Below are positions 22,701 to 30,172 of a stretch of 64,000 nt of DNA, piece by piece; position 1 is the first letter of the stretch, and every line of letters starts with the position of its first letter. Source of the DNA: a virus (Duplodnaviria > Caudoviricetes); the IMG/VR virus record IMGVR_UViG_3300022752_000014; one strand, 5' to 3'. The position numbers and the translations under genes are program-made. Below the pieces are notes generated by a model. It searched no databases and was not told the DNA's origin. It was given only the letters and a program-made list of their open reading frames with translations.

Positions 22701-24167
22701 GTTCAAGGAGAATTTGTAGTTGGATCTGCAAAAACTGTTCAATATATTAATAGTTCTGGTATAACCACAACTCTGAACGCAGCATCTGGTGGCGGAGTGT
22801 TTATCAATGCTATTGAAACTATAAGCGATGGTTTACATTTTAAAGTTAATCATCAAAACCACGGAATGTATTCTAATCAAAATTATGTGACTCTTTCTAA
22901 TATACAATCTGATATAAATCCAACGAAACTCAGTATTGCATATAATTCAAATTCAACTGGATCTATCAGTGTTGATAGTGCTACTAACTTCTCATCTTTT
23001 GAAAATGTTGGTGTTGGAACCACAAATCCAGGATATCTTTTAATAGGCGATGAAGTTATTGAATATACATCAGTTTCTGGTAATCTTATTGGAGGAAATA
23101 TTTCTAGAGGGGCATCACCGAAGAATTATCCAGCAGGAACTCCCGTTTATAAGTATGAACTCGGCGGCGTTTCTTTAAAGAGAATTAACAAAACACACTA
23201 TCTTGGAGATGTAACAATTTCTAATCCAATTACTTTTGATTCATATCACGTAAAACTTGATATGGGATTAAGTGGAATTGGCAGAACTTCCGACGTAGGT
23301 TATCCAAAACTGTTCATCAATCAAACCAAATCTGCTGGTGGATATAACATTAAGGCAACTCAAAATATGCCTTATGAAATTATTACGCCAATTGTACAAA
23401 ACTTAACTGTAAGAGGAACTTCTTTAAGTGCATCTTTAAGAACAGTTACTGGTTCAAGTATTAGTGGAAATGAAATTCCATTCATTGATAATGGATTTGA
23501 AAATATAACCGTTAATAGTCCAAATTACTTAGATAGTACAAGGATTATTTGTTCTAAAATCAATGAAAACGCAAGGTTGACATCTTTGCCTGGTAACAAA
23601 TCAATGAATCTAAGACTGCAATTGGATACAGCAGATTCCAAACTGACACCTGTCATTGATACTCAAAGAGTCAGCACAATATTAACTTCAAATAGAGTTA
23701 ATAGCGTAATCTCAAATTATGCAACTGATTCTAGAGTTAATACCATTGATCAAGATCCATCTGCTTTCCAATATATTTCCAAAGAAATTAATTTGGAAAA
23801 TGGTGCAAGTTCAATCAAAGTTCTATTAAATGCCCATATTAATCAATATTGTGATATCAGAGCACTCTATGCAATCAGCGAAAAACCAAACTTCAATCCA
23901 GTTTTTGTTCCTTTCCCTGGTTACACTAATCTGAATACTAGAAATGAAGTTATAAGTTTTGAAAATAGCGATGGACGCTCAGATGTATTTGTAACCCCTA
24001 CACAATCTCTGGGATTCGAATCCTCTGATATTGAATTTAAAGAATATTCGTTCACTATTGATAAACTTCCTTCCTTTAAGTCATACAGAATCAAGCTTGT
24101 CCTGACTTCAACAAATCAAGTTTATGTGCCAAGAATTAAAGATTTGAGAGTTATTGCTTTAGCGTGA
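16704..24167 (+). CDS. Large virion structural protein, VrlC-like / DUF4815-containing (2487 aa)
   Basis: PYFDDFD..NGYHRVLFKPGYPVQARELTTLQSILQNQIEKFG N-terminus; NRFKSGFFVDNF; DPLAQSF; C-terminal PRIKDLRVIALA. Confidence 0.85.
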   Translation: MSQATNLNVAPYFDDFDANNGYHRVLFKPGYPVQARELTTLQSILQNQIEKFGQHFFKEGAKVIPGNTGYTQLYYAVELQNTYLGVPVSAYADQLVGTKITGQTSGVTAVVDKVLSSTDSERGNLTLYVNYISSNTQNNSTQQFSDGELLTCNTQITSGLLGNSLITAGQPFASTIAQNATSIGSAFSITNGVYFVRGQFVNVNTETLILDQYSNTPNYRVGLFINEEIVTSYMDESLNDNSQGFNNYSAPGADRLKITVSLFKKSLTDFNDGNFVELATIKDGVIRSQQKTTEYSLVTDELARRTYAESGDYYVTPFDVSLKESLNDNVGNNGLFDAGQFTYSGSTPSQNLAVYQFSPGKAFVRGYECETISPTFLDCPKPRTTKTLENQSLNYNTGPTLKLNRVYGAPKIGIGNTYVLSLRNSRVGTNQRTAPGKEIGVARVYDFRLESGSYDTANANLNQWNISLYDVQTITEITLNEAITLSTPTFIKGKNSGATAFLKDSVTAGVALTVYDKTGDFILNESFIIDGIENTRVATAITSYGFSDIQSVYGIVGSASTFSADTIESVKFNVGIASITPLSAGVSTITSPNKLFSGRSVKVGNLIQYSDPAFTDPVYARVVSTGNTSVSVAGVTTVSGINEAKLPTVALNVTDLKILGTNLETSTDNTLYTRLPKVNISNVDLTNAVLGIRTVFTVNISQNQLTIPVTAGNNETFLPFDEERYALITSNGQTEVLTSDRVQIDSSGTSLTIYNLSTSSDTGATLIATTRKIKPKEKIKRKNRVNYVIVDKSKYEHSGLGATTLNDGLTYGNYPFGTRVQDEIISLNEADIIEVHGIFESTNTSTASAPTVVLSSISGTTATTSDLIIGEKVTGQTSGAVAIVAEKINDTQISFIYKNQKIFKEGETLKFEESQIQAVVQTINSSSFDISSNFTFTNGQEITFYDYGSIRRKPEFQEPTKKLKIYFSNGYYGSNDDGDITTTNSYNTFDYSKEIQSINGIRNTDIIDIRPKTSTYTVSVDARSPLEFYGRTFNSSGNSAKNILASDESILTTFSFYLGRIDRVYLTKEGKFQVKYGVPAEKPEKPVSVDDALEIATINLPAYLYNVSQASIQFLEHKRYRMVDIKQLENRIKNLEYYTALSLLETNTANLFIPDNDGLNRFKSGFFVDNFTSLLAQEDSVLYKNSIDITNKQLRPRHYTNSVDLIFGPITGVDPTEDLAFTPIEGVNVRKSKDIITLDYAEVEWLKQSFATRSESITPFLISFWQGTLELTPASDTWVDTVRLQAKTIQAEGNYAETLSNAVRTLNVDPQTGFAPVVWNAWQTNWTGSSVVTSTSTRTESSSRTFGVGGWINGGTGSAQLFEAQTTSVIQETVTQVVSTGVQSRTGTRTIITEQFDNTSVGDRVVSRNLIPYMRSRNIQFVSKKLKPLTQIYAFFDGVNVTKYCVPKLLEISMISGTFAVGEKVIATVQNTGLNPSLGQDLARISFRVAQSNHKEGPYNAATTTYPNNPYTGQILQSTYSSTSNILNVDTFSLSNQPQGEYSGWVESGMILVGQTSGAQATLTKVRLVSDLSATLIGSFFIPNPNTNIHPKFEAGTKTFTLVNSNSNDQNVATTIAEEGFISSGTLETVQENIISVRNARIQNKQEFEERAISSSSSSSSANVIGQATTTNLIGWYDPLAQSFLVEDNTGVFLTKCDVFFRSKDDMDIPVTFQLRTMQNGFPTQKILPFSEITLDPADVQTSADGSVATTFDFDAPVYLEGGKEYCICLASNSTKYSVYISRIGENDLLTQTFISNQPYLGSLFKSQNASTWEASQWEDLKFTLYRADFLTSGTVEFYNPELTEGNKQIPTLMPNSINLISNKIRVGLGSTVVDAGLTLGNKVIQQGTNATATYVGSAGSATGKLNVINSGIGYTPSSGGLTINNINLVTITGNGKNATANVTVSNGVAIAATVVSGGVGYQVGDVVGISTFGSISVGKNARFSVGLITATNQLILDNVQGEFVVGSAKTVQYINSSGITTTLNAASGGGVFINAIETISDGLHFKVNHQNHGMYSNQNYVTLSNIQSDINPTKLSIAYNSNSTGSISVDSATNFSSFENVGVGTTNPGYLLIGDEVIEYTSVSGNLIGGNISRGASPKNYPAGTPVYKYELGGVSLKRINKTHYLGDVTISNPITFDSYHVKLDMGLSGIGRTSDVGYPKLFINQTKSAGGYNIKATQNMPYEIITPIVQNLTVRGTSLSASLRTVTGSSISGNEIPFIDNGFENITVNSPNYLDSTRIICSKINENARLTSLPGNKSMNLRLQLDTADSKLTPVIDTQRVSTILTSNRVNSVISNYATDSRVNTIDQDPSAFQYISKEINLENGASSIKVLLNAHINQYCDIRALYAISEKPNFNPVFVPFPGYTNLNTRNEVISFENSDGRSDVFVTPTQSLGFESSDIEFKEYSFTIDKLPSFKSYRIKLVLTSTNQVYVPRIKDLRVIALA

Positions 24168-24168
24168 T

Positions 24169-24396
24169 ATGAATTATTTGAAAGTTGAGGGATATACTCA
24201 TTTAATGCGAGATGAAAAAACCAATTCTATTGTTAATACCAATATGTCTGAATATCAAGAGTATATCTCAAGAAGAAATTCTAAAAATGAAGAGAATCAA
24301 AAAGTACAGAATATAGAAGAAGAACTTGCTAGTATGAAAAATGATATTGATGAAATTAAAATGTTACTTAGGAGTTTAGTAAATGAATCCAAATGA
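24169..24396 (+). CDS. Small coiled-coil hypothetical protein
   Basis: 75-aa ORF; KVEG...L.RD..TNSIVN N-terminus and a heptad-rich C-terminus. Confidence 0.75.
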   Translation: MNYLKVEGYTHLMRDEKTNSIVNTNMSEYQEYISRRNSKNEENQKVQNIEEELASMKNDIDEIKMLLRSLVNESK

Positions 24397-24562
24397 AATT
24401 GAATTAGAAGATCTGTCAAAAAGTTTCGAATATATGAAAGCCTGTCTTGAAATTGATTCGATAGAGGATATTGAACAAATTAAAACCATTGCGAAGGCAT
24501 ATATGAAACTATATCTCAAGCAGCAAGAGGTTTTGAAAGATCTCATAAAAATCAATCCATAA
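24383..24562 (+). CDS. NblA-like helical protein (59 aa), below the ORF-track cutoff
   Basis: Manual translation MNPNEIELEDLSKSFEYMKACLEIDSIEDIEQIKTIAKAYMKLYLKQQEVLKDLIKINP; GGAG SD at 24371-24374. The ORF is solid; the NblA call is tentative. Confidence 0.6.
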   Translation: MNPNEIELEDLSKSFEYMKACLEIDSIEDIEQIKTIAKAYMKLYLKQQEVLKDLIKINP

Positions 24563-24565
24563 ATA
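24558..24565 (+). promoter_or_regulatory. Late promoter for gp13
   Basis: CATAAATA, 19 nt before the gp13 ATG. Confidence 0.65.
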
Positions 24566-24583
24566 TTTAAAAAGTAGAAAATA

Positions 24584-25429
24584 ATGGCGCAACCATCTAC
24601 TAGACAAGAATTAATCGATTACTGCAAAAGAAAACTGGGAGCGCCAGTTTTGGAAATCAACGTTGCGGACGAACAAATCGACGATTTAGTCGATGATGCG
24701 GTGCAATTTTTTCAGGAAAGACATTTTGATGGTGTATATCCTGCTTTTTATAAGTATCAGTTAACTCAAGCAGATATTGATAGAGGAAGATCCAGAGGGA
24801 ATAACACTTCAGTAGGTATAGCAACTACTTCTGCAACTGCAAATATTGTAGGAACAGCAACAACTTTTACATACGAAGAAAATAGTAATTATCTTCAGGT
24901 TCCCCCAAATGTAATTGGAGTTAATAAACTATTTTTATTTGATGGCGCTAATACCATTACTCATAATATGTTCAGTGTTAAATACCAATTATTCTTGAAT
25001 GATATTTACTACTGGGGTGCTACAGAACTCTTAAGTTATGCAATGGTAAAAACATATTTGGAAGATTTAGATTTCTTATTAACAACGCAAAAGCAAATTC
25101 GTTTTAATAAAAGGCAAGATAGACTTTATTTGGATATTGATTGGGGTTCAGTAAATGTAGGACAATATATTATTATTGATTGCTATGCGACCTTAAATCC
25201 AAATGATTATCCAAGAGTATGGAATGATTCTTTTCTAAAACCATATCTCACTTCATTGATAAAGCGTCAATGGGGTCAAAATATGATGAAATTTACTGGT
25301 GTTAAATTACCAGGTGGAGTTGAATTAAATGGTAGGCAAATGTACGATGATGCTCAAAGAGAAATTGACATCTTAATGGAGAAGATGTCAAATACTTATG
25401 AACTTCCACCTTATGATATGATTGGTTAA
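24584..25429 (+). CDS. gp13: Neck protein gp13
   Basis: RQELIDYCKRKLGAPVLEINVADEQIDD; LIKRQWGQN..KF.GV.LPGGV.LNG. Confidence 0.95.
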   Translation: MAQPSTRQELIDYCKRKLGAPVLEINVADEQIDDLVDDAVQFFQERHFDGVYPAFYKYQLTQADIDRGRSRGNNTSVGIATTSATANIVGTATTFTYEENSNYLQVPPNVIGVNKLFLFDGANTITHNMFSVKYQLFLNDIYYWGATELLSYAMVKTYLEDLDFLLTTQKQIRFNKRQDRLYLDIDWGSVNVGQYIIIDCYATLNPNDYPRVWNDSFLKPYLTSLIKRQWGQNMMKFTGVKLPGGVELNGRQMYDDAQREIDILMEKMSNTYELPPYDMIG

Positions 25430-25433
25430 TCGT

Positions 25434-26849
25434 ATGTTGAATCCATTTTTTTTACAAGGATCTGCTGGAGAGCAAGGTTTAATCCAAGATCTTATCAATG
25501 AACAACTCCGTATGTATGGAATTGATATATTTTATCTTCCAAGAAAATATCTTACAGAAAAAACCGTTATAAAAGAAGTTATCGAATCTGTATTTAATGA
25601 GTCATATCCCATAGAAGCTTACATAGAAAACTATGAGGGATATGGAGATAATACTGTTATGTTATCAAAATTTGGAATACAGGCATTAAATGAATTAACA
25701 ATAACTGTCTCCAAAGAAAGATTTGAAAATTATATAGTTCCTCTTATAAAAGAAAAACCGAATATTAAATTAGGAACTCGACCAAGAGAAGGTGATTTAG
25801 TTTATTTCCCTCTTGGTGATAGATTATTTGAAGTAAAATTTGTAGAGCACGAACAACCATTTTATCAACTACAAAAAACTTATGTTTACACTTTAAAATG
25901 TGAACTCTTTAGATATGAAGATGAAGTTATTGATACTGGCATTAGTGAGATTGATGATAATATGTCAGAAGGAGATGTTACTGAATATGGTCCTAGTGGC
26001 GGTATATCTATTACACAAACACTTACTATGGTTGGTCTGGGATCAACGGCAACTGCAACAACAACTTTAGTAAACGGAGGTATACGATTTATAACAGTAA
26101 CCAATCGCGGAGGAGGATATTCTACAATTCCAAAGGTAGGAATATCCTCTGCCCCAAGCACTGGTTTAACAGGAATTGCAACAGCAATTATGATTGAAGG
26201 AATTGTTGTATGTAATGATAACATCAATCCAAAAAATAAATCAGTTCAAAGTGTTCAATTAAAAAATCCTGGATTTGGTTATACCGTTGCTCCTAAAATT
26301 AAGTTTATTGGTGGAGGAGGTTCTGGAGCTGCTGCAACGTCTACTATAGGAACAGGATTAATCGGTCCAATTACACTAACAAATGTAGGATCAGGATACA
26401 CTACAGCACCATCTATAACTTTTTCTGGCGTTTCTACCGTATCTGCATCCGCAACAGCTGTAGTTAATCAAGACGGAACAATTGCAGAAGTGAGAATTAT
26501 TAATTCTGGTTTAGGATACACTCAAGCACCTACAATAACAATATCTTCTCCATCTTTTGTTGGAATTGGAACTTATGAATATAATGAAGTTGTTACCGGA
26601 AGCACTAGCAATACAACTGCAAGAGTTAGGTCTTGGAATTCAATTACAAATTCTCTTGAAGTTTCAAATGTGTCAGGATCATTTGTAAGAGGAGAAAATA
26701 TTGTTGGATCTGCTTCTTCAGCATCATATGTTCTCCTGGGAGTTGATGTCAATAATCCCCAAAATGCTTATGCTGATAACTCAGATATAGAAACTGAGGC
26801 AGACAATATTATTGATTTTACAGAATCAAATCCTTTTGGAATGCCATAA
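25434..26849 (+). CDS. gp14: Neck protein gp14 with an internal repeat insertion
   Basis: LNPFF..G...EQ.LIQDLINEQLRMYG; RPREGDLVYFPL; FVEHEQPFYQL. Start set at ATG 25434. Confidence 0.92.
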   Translation: MLNPFFLQGSAGEQGLIQDLINEQLRMYGIDIFYLPRKYLTEKTVIKEVIESVFNESYPIEAYIENYEGYGDNTVMLSKFGIQALNELTITVSKERFENYIVPLIKEKPNIKLGTRPREGDLVYFPLGDRLFEVKFVEHEQPFYQLQKTYVYTLKCELFRYEDEVIDTGISEIDDNMSEGDVTEYGPSGGISITQTLTMVGLGSTATATTTLVNGGIRFITVTNRGGGYSTIPKVGISSAPSTGLTGIATAIMIEGIVVCNDNINPKNKSVQSVQLKNPGFGYTVAPKIKFIGGGGSGAAATSTIGTGLIGPITLTNVGSGYTTAPSITFSGVSTVSASATAVVNQDGTIAEVRIINSGLGYTQAPTITISSPSFVGIGTYEYNEVVTGSTSNTTARVRSWNSITNSLEVSNVSGSFVRGENIVGSASSASYVLLGVDVNNPQNAYADNSDIETEADNIIDFTESNPFGMP

Positions 26850-26874
26850 ATACAATTTACTATTTGATTAAATA
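26845..26874 (+). promoter_or_regulatory. Tandem late promoters for gp15
   Basis: CATAAATA (26845-26852) and TTAAATA (26868-26874). Confidence 0.6.
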
Positions 26875-26895
26875 GTATCATCAGGAAGTAATCAA

Positions 26896-27897
26896 ATGTT
26901 TGAATATTTTTATAACGAAATTTTAAGAAAAACTGTTATAGCATTTGGATCTTTGTTTAATGATATTAGCATTAAACACACAGATAATTCAAATCAAATC
27001 ATTGATGTTATTAAGGTGCCTTTGGCTTATGGACCAACGCAGAAATTTTTAGCAAGACTTGAGCAATCTCCAGATCTTAATAAACCAGTTCAAATCACAC
27101 TACCAAGAATGTCATTTGAATTTACTGGGTTGACTTATGATGCATCTAGAAAAGTAACAACAACTCAAACATTTACCGCAGGAACAGCAGAGGATGGTAC
27201 GGTAATTAAAAAAACATATATGCCTGTTCCTTATAATATGCAATTTGAACTATCTATTATGTCTAAGTTAAATGATGATGCATTGCAAATCGTGGAGCAA
27301 ATTTTACCATATTTTCAACCATCTTATACTCTAACAGTAGAACTTATTGATGCTATTAATGAGAAAAGAGATATTCCCGTTGTCTTGGAAAATGTAACTT
27401 TTCAAGATGATTATGAAGGCAACTTTACTACAAGAAGAGTTTTAATTTATACATTAAGATTTACTGCAAAAACTTATCTGTTTGGTCCATCCAAAACAGC
27501 AACGAAAGATATTGTCAAAAAGACCACTATCAGTTATATCACTGGCGATACAACTTCTGCACCAAAACGCGAAGTTGTCTATACGTCGGAACCAAGAGCA
27601 ATCAAAAATTATACAGGTATAGTTTTAACTAATCTTGCTAAGGATATTACAACTGAAGATATTCTTATTGAAGTTAATAATGCATCCTCAATTTCCACTA
27701 ACACATATTTGGATATTGAAGGAGAAGAGGTATATGTAAGACTTAAGACTGGAAATGTTCTTACTGTTGATAGGGGTAGAGATGGCACAACTGTTACTTC
27801 GCATCTGACTGGTGCTGCAGTCAAGTCCATTACAACTGCAGATAATGCCCTTATTGAAGAAGGAGATGACTTTGGATTTAGTGGTTCGACATCATGA
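26896..27897 (+). CDS. gp15: Tail sheath stabilizer/terminator gp15
   Basis: FYNEILRKTVIAFGSLFN; KVPLAYGPTQKFLARL; LPRMSFE; QIVEQILPYFQP. Confidence 0.95.
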   Translation: MFEYFYNEILRKTVIAFGSLFNDISIKHTDNSNQIIDVIKVPLAYGPTQKFLARLEQSPDLNKPVQITLPRMSFEFTGLTYDASRKVTTTQTFTAGTAEDGTVIKKTYMPVPYNMQFELSIMSKLNDDALQIVEQILPYFQPSYTLTVELIDAINEKRDIPVVLENVTFQDDYEGNFTTRRVLIYTLRFTAKTYLFGPSKTATKDIVKKTTISYITGDTTSAPKREVVYTSEPRAIKNYTGIVLTNLAKDITTEDILIEVNNASSISTNTYLDIEGEEVYVRLKTGNVLTVDRGRDGTTVTSHLTGAAVKSITTADNALIEEGDDFGFSGSTS

Positions 27898-28328
27898 AAA
27901 TGACAAAAAAATTTGATGAATTGAATAATACATTTAACGTATCTGGAGAAATTGTTTCTGCTGATATTGATAATTCAATCGAAAAAGTAGAAAAAATTGC
28001 AACAACTGTAGATGATGTCAAAAAAGACTACGAATACACCAGAGGAAATTTATATTCTTTAATTGAAAAGGGGCAAGAAGCAATTAATGGGATTCTTGAA
28101 CTTGCCCAAGAAAGTGAAATGCCTAGAGCCTATGAAGTTGCCGGTCAACTTATTAAAAATGTAGCAGATGCAACTGATAAGTTAATGGATCTTCAGAAAA
28201 AATTAAAAGATATTGAAGAGGAAAAAGTTGGTAAAGGTCCAACGACTGTGAATAATGCTTTATTTGTTGGGTCCACTGCAGAATTAGCAAAGTTACTCAA
28301 ACAACAATCTCAAGATGAAAACGTTTAA
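27894..28328 (+). CDS. gp16: Terminase small subunit gp16
   Basis: DYEYTRGNLY..IEKG; PRAYEVAGQLIK; NNALFVGSTAEL. Confidence 0.93.
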   Translation: MKMTKKFDELNNTFNVSGEIVSADIDNSIEKVEKIATTVDDVKKDYEYTRGNLYSLIEKGQEAINGILELAQESEMPRAYEVAGQLIKNVADATDKLMDLQKKLKDIEEEKVGKGPTTVNNALFVGSTAELAKLLKQQSQDENV

Positions 28329-28470
28329 ACAGTTTCAAGAAGAGTGGACTAATAAATATAAAAAGAGTATTGATTGCTCTAATCCAAAAGGGTTTTCTCA
28401 ACGCGCTCATTGTGCGGGGAGAAGAAAAAGAGCAAAAGGTGAGCAGACTAAATCAAAACCAGTTGAATAA
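28315..28470 (+). CDS. 51-aa basic peptide with an N-terminal capsid-targeting-like sequence, below the ORF-track cutoff
   Basis: Manual translation MKTFKQFQEEWTNKYKKSIDCSNPKGFSQRAHCAGRRKRAKGEQTKSKPVE; TAATG coupling to the next gene. Confidence 0.75.
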   Translation: MKTFKQFQEEWTNKYKKSIDCSNPKGFSQRAHCAGRRKRAKGEQTKSKPVE

Positions 28471-30155
28471 TGCCCAGAATCAAACCACATAAAACAGTTG
28501 AGCAAATTGCAAAGAAGCATCGTCTTGATGTTTCTTTCATTCAAAAGCAACTTGATATGGGCGAACCTATTGAACATGAACATACAAAAGATCATAAACT
28601 TGCTATGGACATTGCTCTTCAGCATTTAGATGAAATTCCAGACTACTATACTCGCCTCAAAAAAATGGAAGCAGATGCTAAAAAACATCATAAAAAGTTC
28701 AAAGATGTTACTGAAGAAGGTCTTCAAGATTGGTATAGAAGTAAATCAAAAGATGGTAAGCGTGGTTGGGTAAATGTTGTTACGGGCGGAACTTGTGCAA
28801 GTGATGAACCTGGAGAAGGAGTTCCTAAGTGTGTATCTTCAGAAAAAAGAGCAAGCATGACTCCAGCAGAAAGGCTTTCTGCAGCGAGAAGAAAAAAAGC
28901 AGCAGATCCTGGACAACAAGAAAAGACAGGTGCAGCAAAACCAACTTATGTTCCTACCGATAAACCAAAAAATAAAATGAAAGAAGAAATGGATTTACAA
29001 GAAGTAAAAGATAAACCAGGCAAAGGTAGTGGAACAAAAGATGCCTGTTATCATAAAGTAAAATCACGTTACAGTGTTTGGCCATCTGCATACGCATCAG
29101 GAGCACTTGTCAAATGTCGTAAAGTGGGTGCAGATAACTGGGGTAATAAATCAGAAGCAGTCGAAGAGCAAAGATATTGTCCTTTATGTGATAAGAGAGA
29201 AACAAGGTCTGAATGTTCTTATGGTGGAAAGGCATGGGATAAAGTTTCTGTCAAAGACCATGAGTATTCAATGGCAAGGTCAGAACTTTCCACGATTGCA
29301 AATGCAGTTAAAAGACTTGAAAAGAAAGTAGGTAAAGGTGAAGGAGATCTTGAAGCTTGGGTTCAATCAAAAATTACCAAAGCAGCAGATTATATTGATA
29401 CTGCAGCAGATTATCTTGATAGTGGCGAAATGGAAGAAATGAAATGTTGGCCTGGTTATAAAAAAAAGGGAACTCAAGAATTATTCGGAAAAAAATATAA
29501 TCGTTGTGTTAAAAAAGAAAACGTAACTATTGAAGATGCAAATGGAAATACTTTTGCTGAAGTTGTAGATATAATCAAACCAGAACCCATTAAGGGATTT
29601 AAATCTCAATTAGATGAGGCAACACGTCTACAAGCAGAAACTGGTAACATAATTTCAATTACAATTTCTTGGAGAGGAAAATACCACGGTATTCAAATGT
29701 TTTTCCCACAAACAAAATTACCTACCAGAAATGAAATTTCAGATGAAATTAATAAAGTTTATCCAGGCGCAAAAGTAATTTATCATTCAGTTTCTGAAAT
29801 CAAACCAGGGCAACCATTGATTAGGATTGGTTATCAAGGCGGAAGTTCTGCAAAACCAGGGTCAAATAAAAATTATGTAAAAACAATGGGCGAAGAAGTT
29901 GTTTCTGAAGTTGCAGCATGGCAGCGTAAGGAGGGTAAAAATAAAAAAGGTGGACTTAACGAAAAAGGACGCAAATCTTACGAAGCAGAACATCCTGGAA
30001 GTGACCTTAAAGCACCTAGCAAAAAGGTTGGAAATCCCCGTAGAAAGAGTTTCTGTGCTCGAATGAAAGGTATGAAGGCAAAACTAACAAGTGCAAAAAC
30101 TGCACGAGATCCTGATTCAAGAATCAATAAATCTCTTAGAGCTTGGAATTGTTAA
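28470..30155 (+). CDS. Basic multi-module protein, putative internal head polyprotein
   Basis: 561 aa, Lys/Arg-rich; string of short modules (EHEHT..HLDEIPDYY; GLQDW; ACYHKVK..WPSAYASG; CPLC; CWPGY; GGLNEKGR..SFCARM) separated by acidic x-x-E linkers. Confidence 0.75.
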   Translation: MPRIKPHKTVEQIAKKHRLDVSFIQKQLDMGEPIEHEHTKDHKLAMDIALQHLDEIPDYYTRLKKMEADAKKHHKKFKDVTEEGLQDWYRSKSKDGKRGWVNVVTGGTCASDEPGEGVPKCVSSEKRASMTPAERLSAARRKKAADPGQQEKTGAAKPTYVPTDKPKNKMKEEMDLQEVKDKPGKGSGTKDACYHKVKSRYSVWPSAYASGALVKCRKVGADNWGNKSEAVEEQRYCPLCDKRETRSECSYGGKAWDKVSVKDHEYSMARSELSTIANAVKRLEKKVGKGEGDLEAWVQSKITKAADYIDTAADYLDSGEMEEMKCWPGYKKKGTQELFGKKYNRCVKKENVTIEDANGNTFAEVVDIIKPEPIKGFKSQLDEATRLQAETGNIISITISWRGKYHGIQMFFPQTKLPTRNEISDEINKVYPGAKVIYHSVSEIKPGQPLIRIGYQGGSSAKPGSNKNYVKTMGEEVVSEVAAWQRKEGKNKKGGLNEKGRKSYEAEHPGSDLKAPSKKVGNPRRKSFCARMKGMKAKLTSAKTARDPDSRINKSLRAWNC

Positions 30156-30172
30156 TATAAAGGAACTTTATT

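Noticed and set aside
28315-30155. Programmed -1 frameshift fusing the capsid-targeting peptide to the polyprotein
   Set aside because: The GGGTTTT run near 28390 is not in the required X XXY YYZ frame; TAATG coupling explains the arrangement
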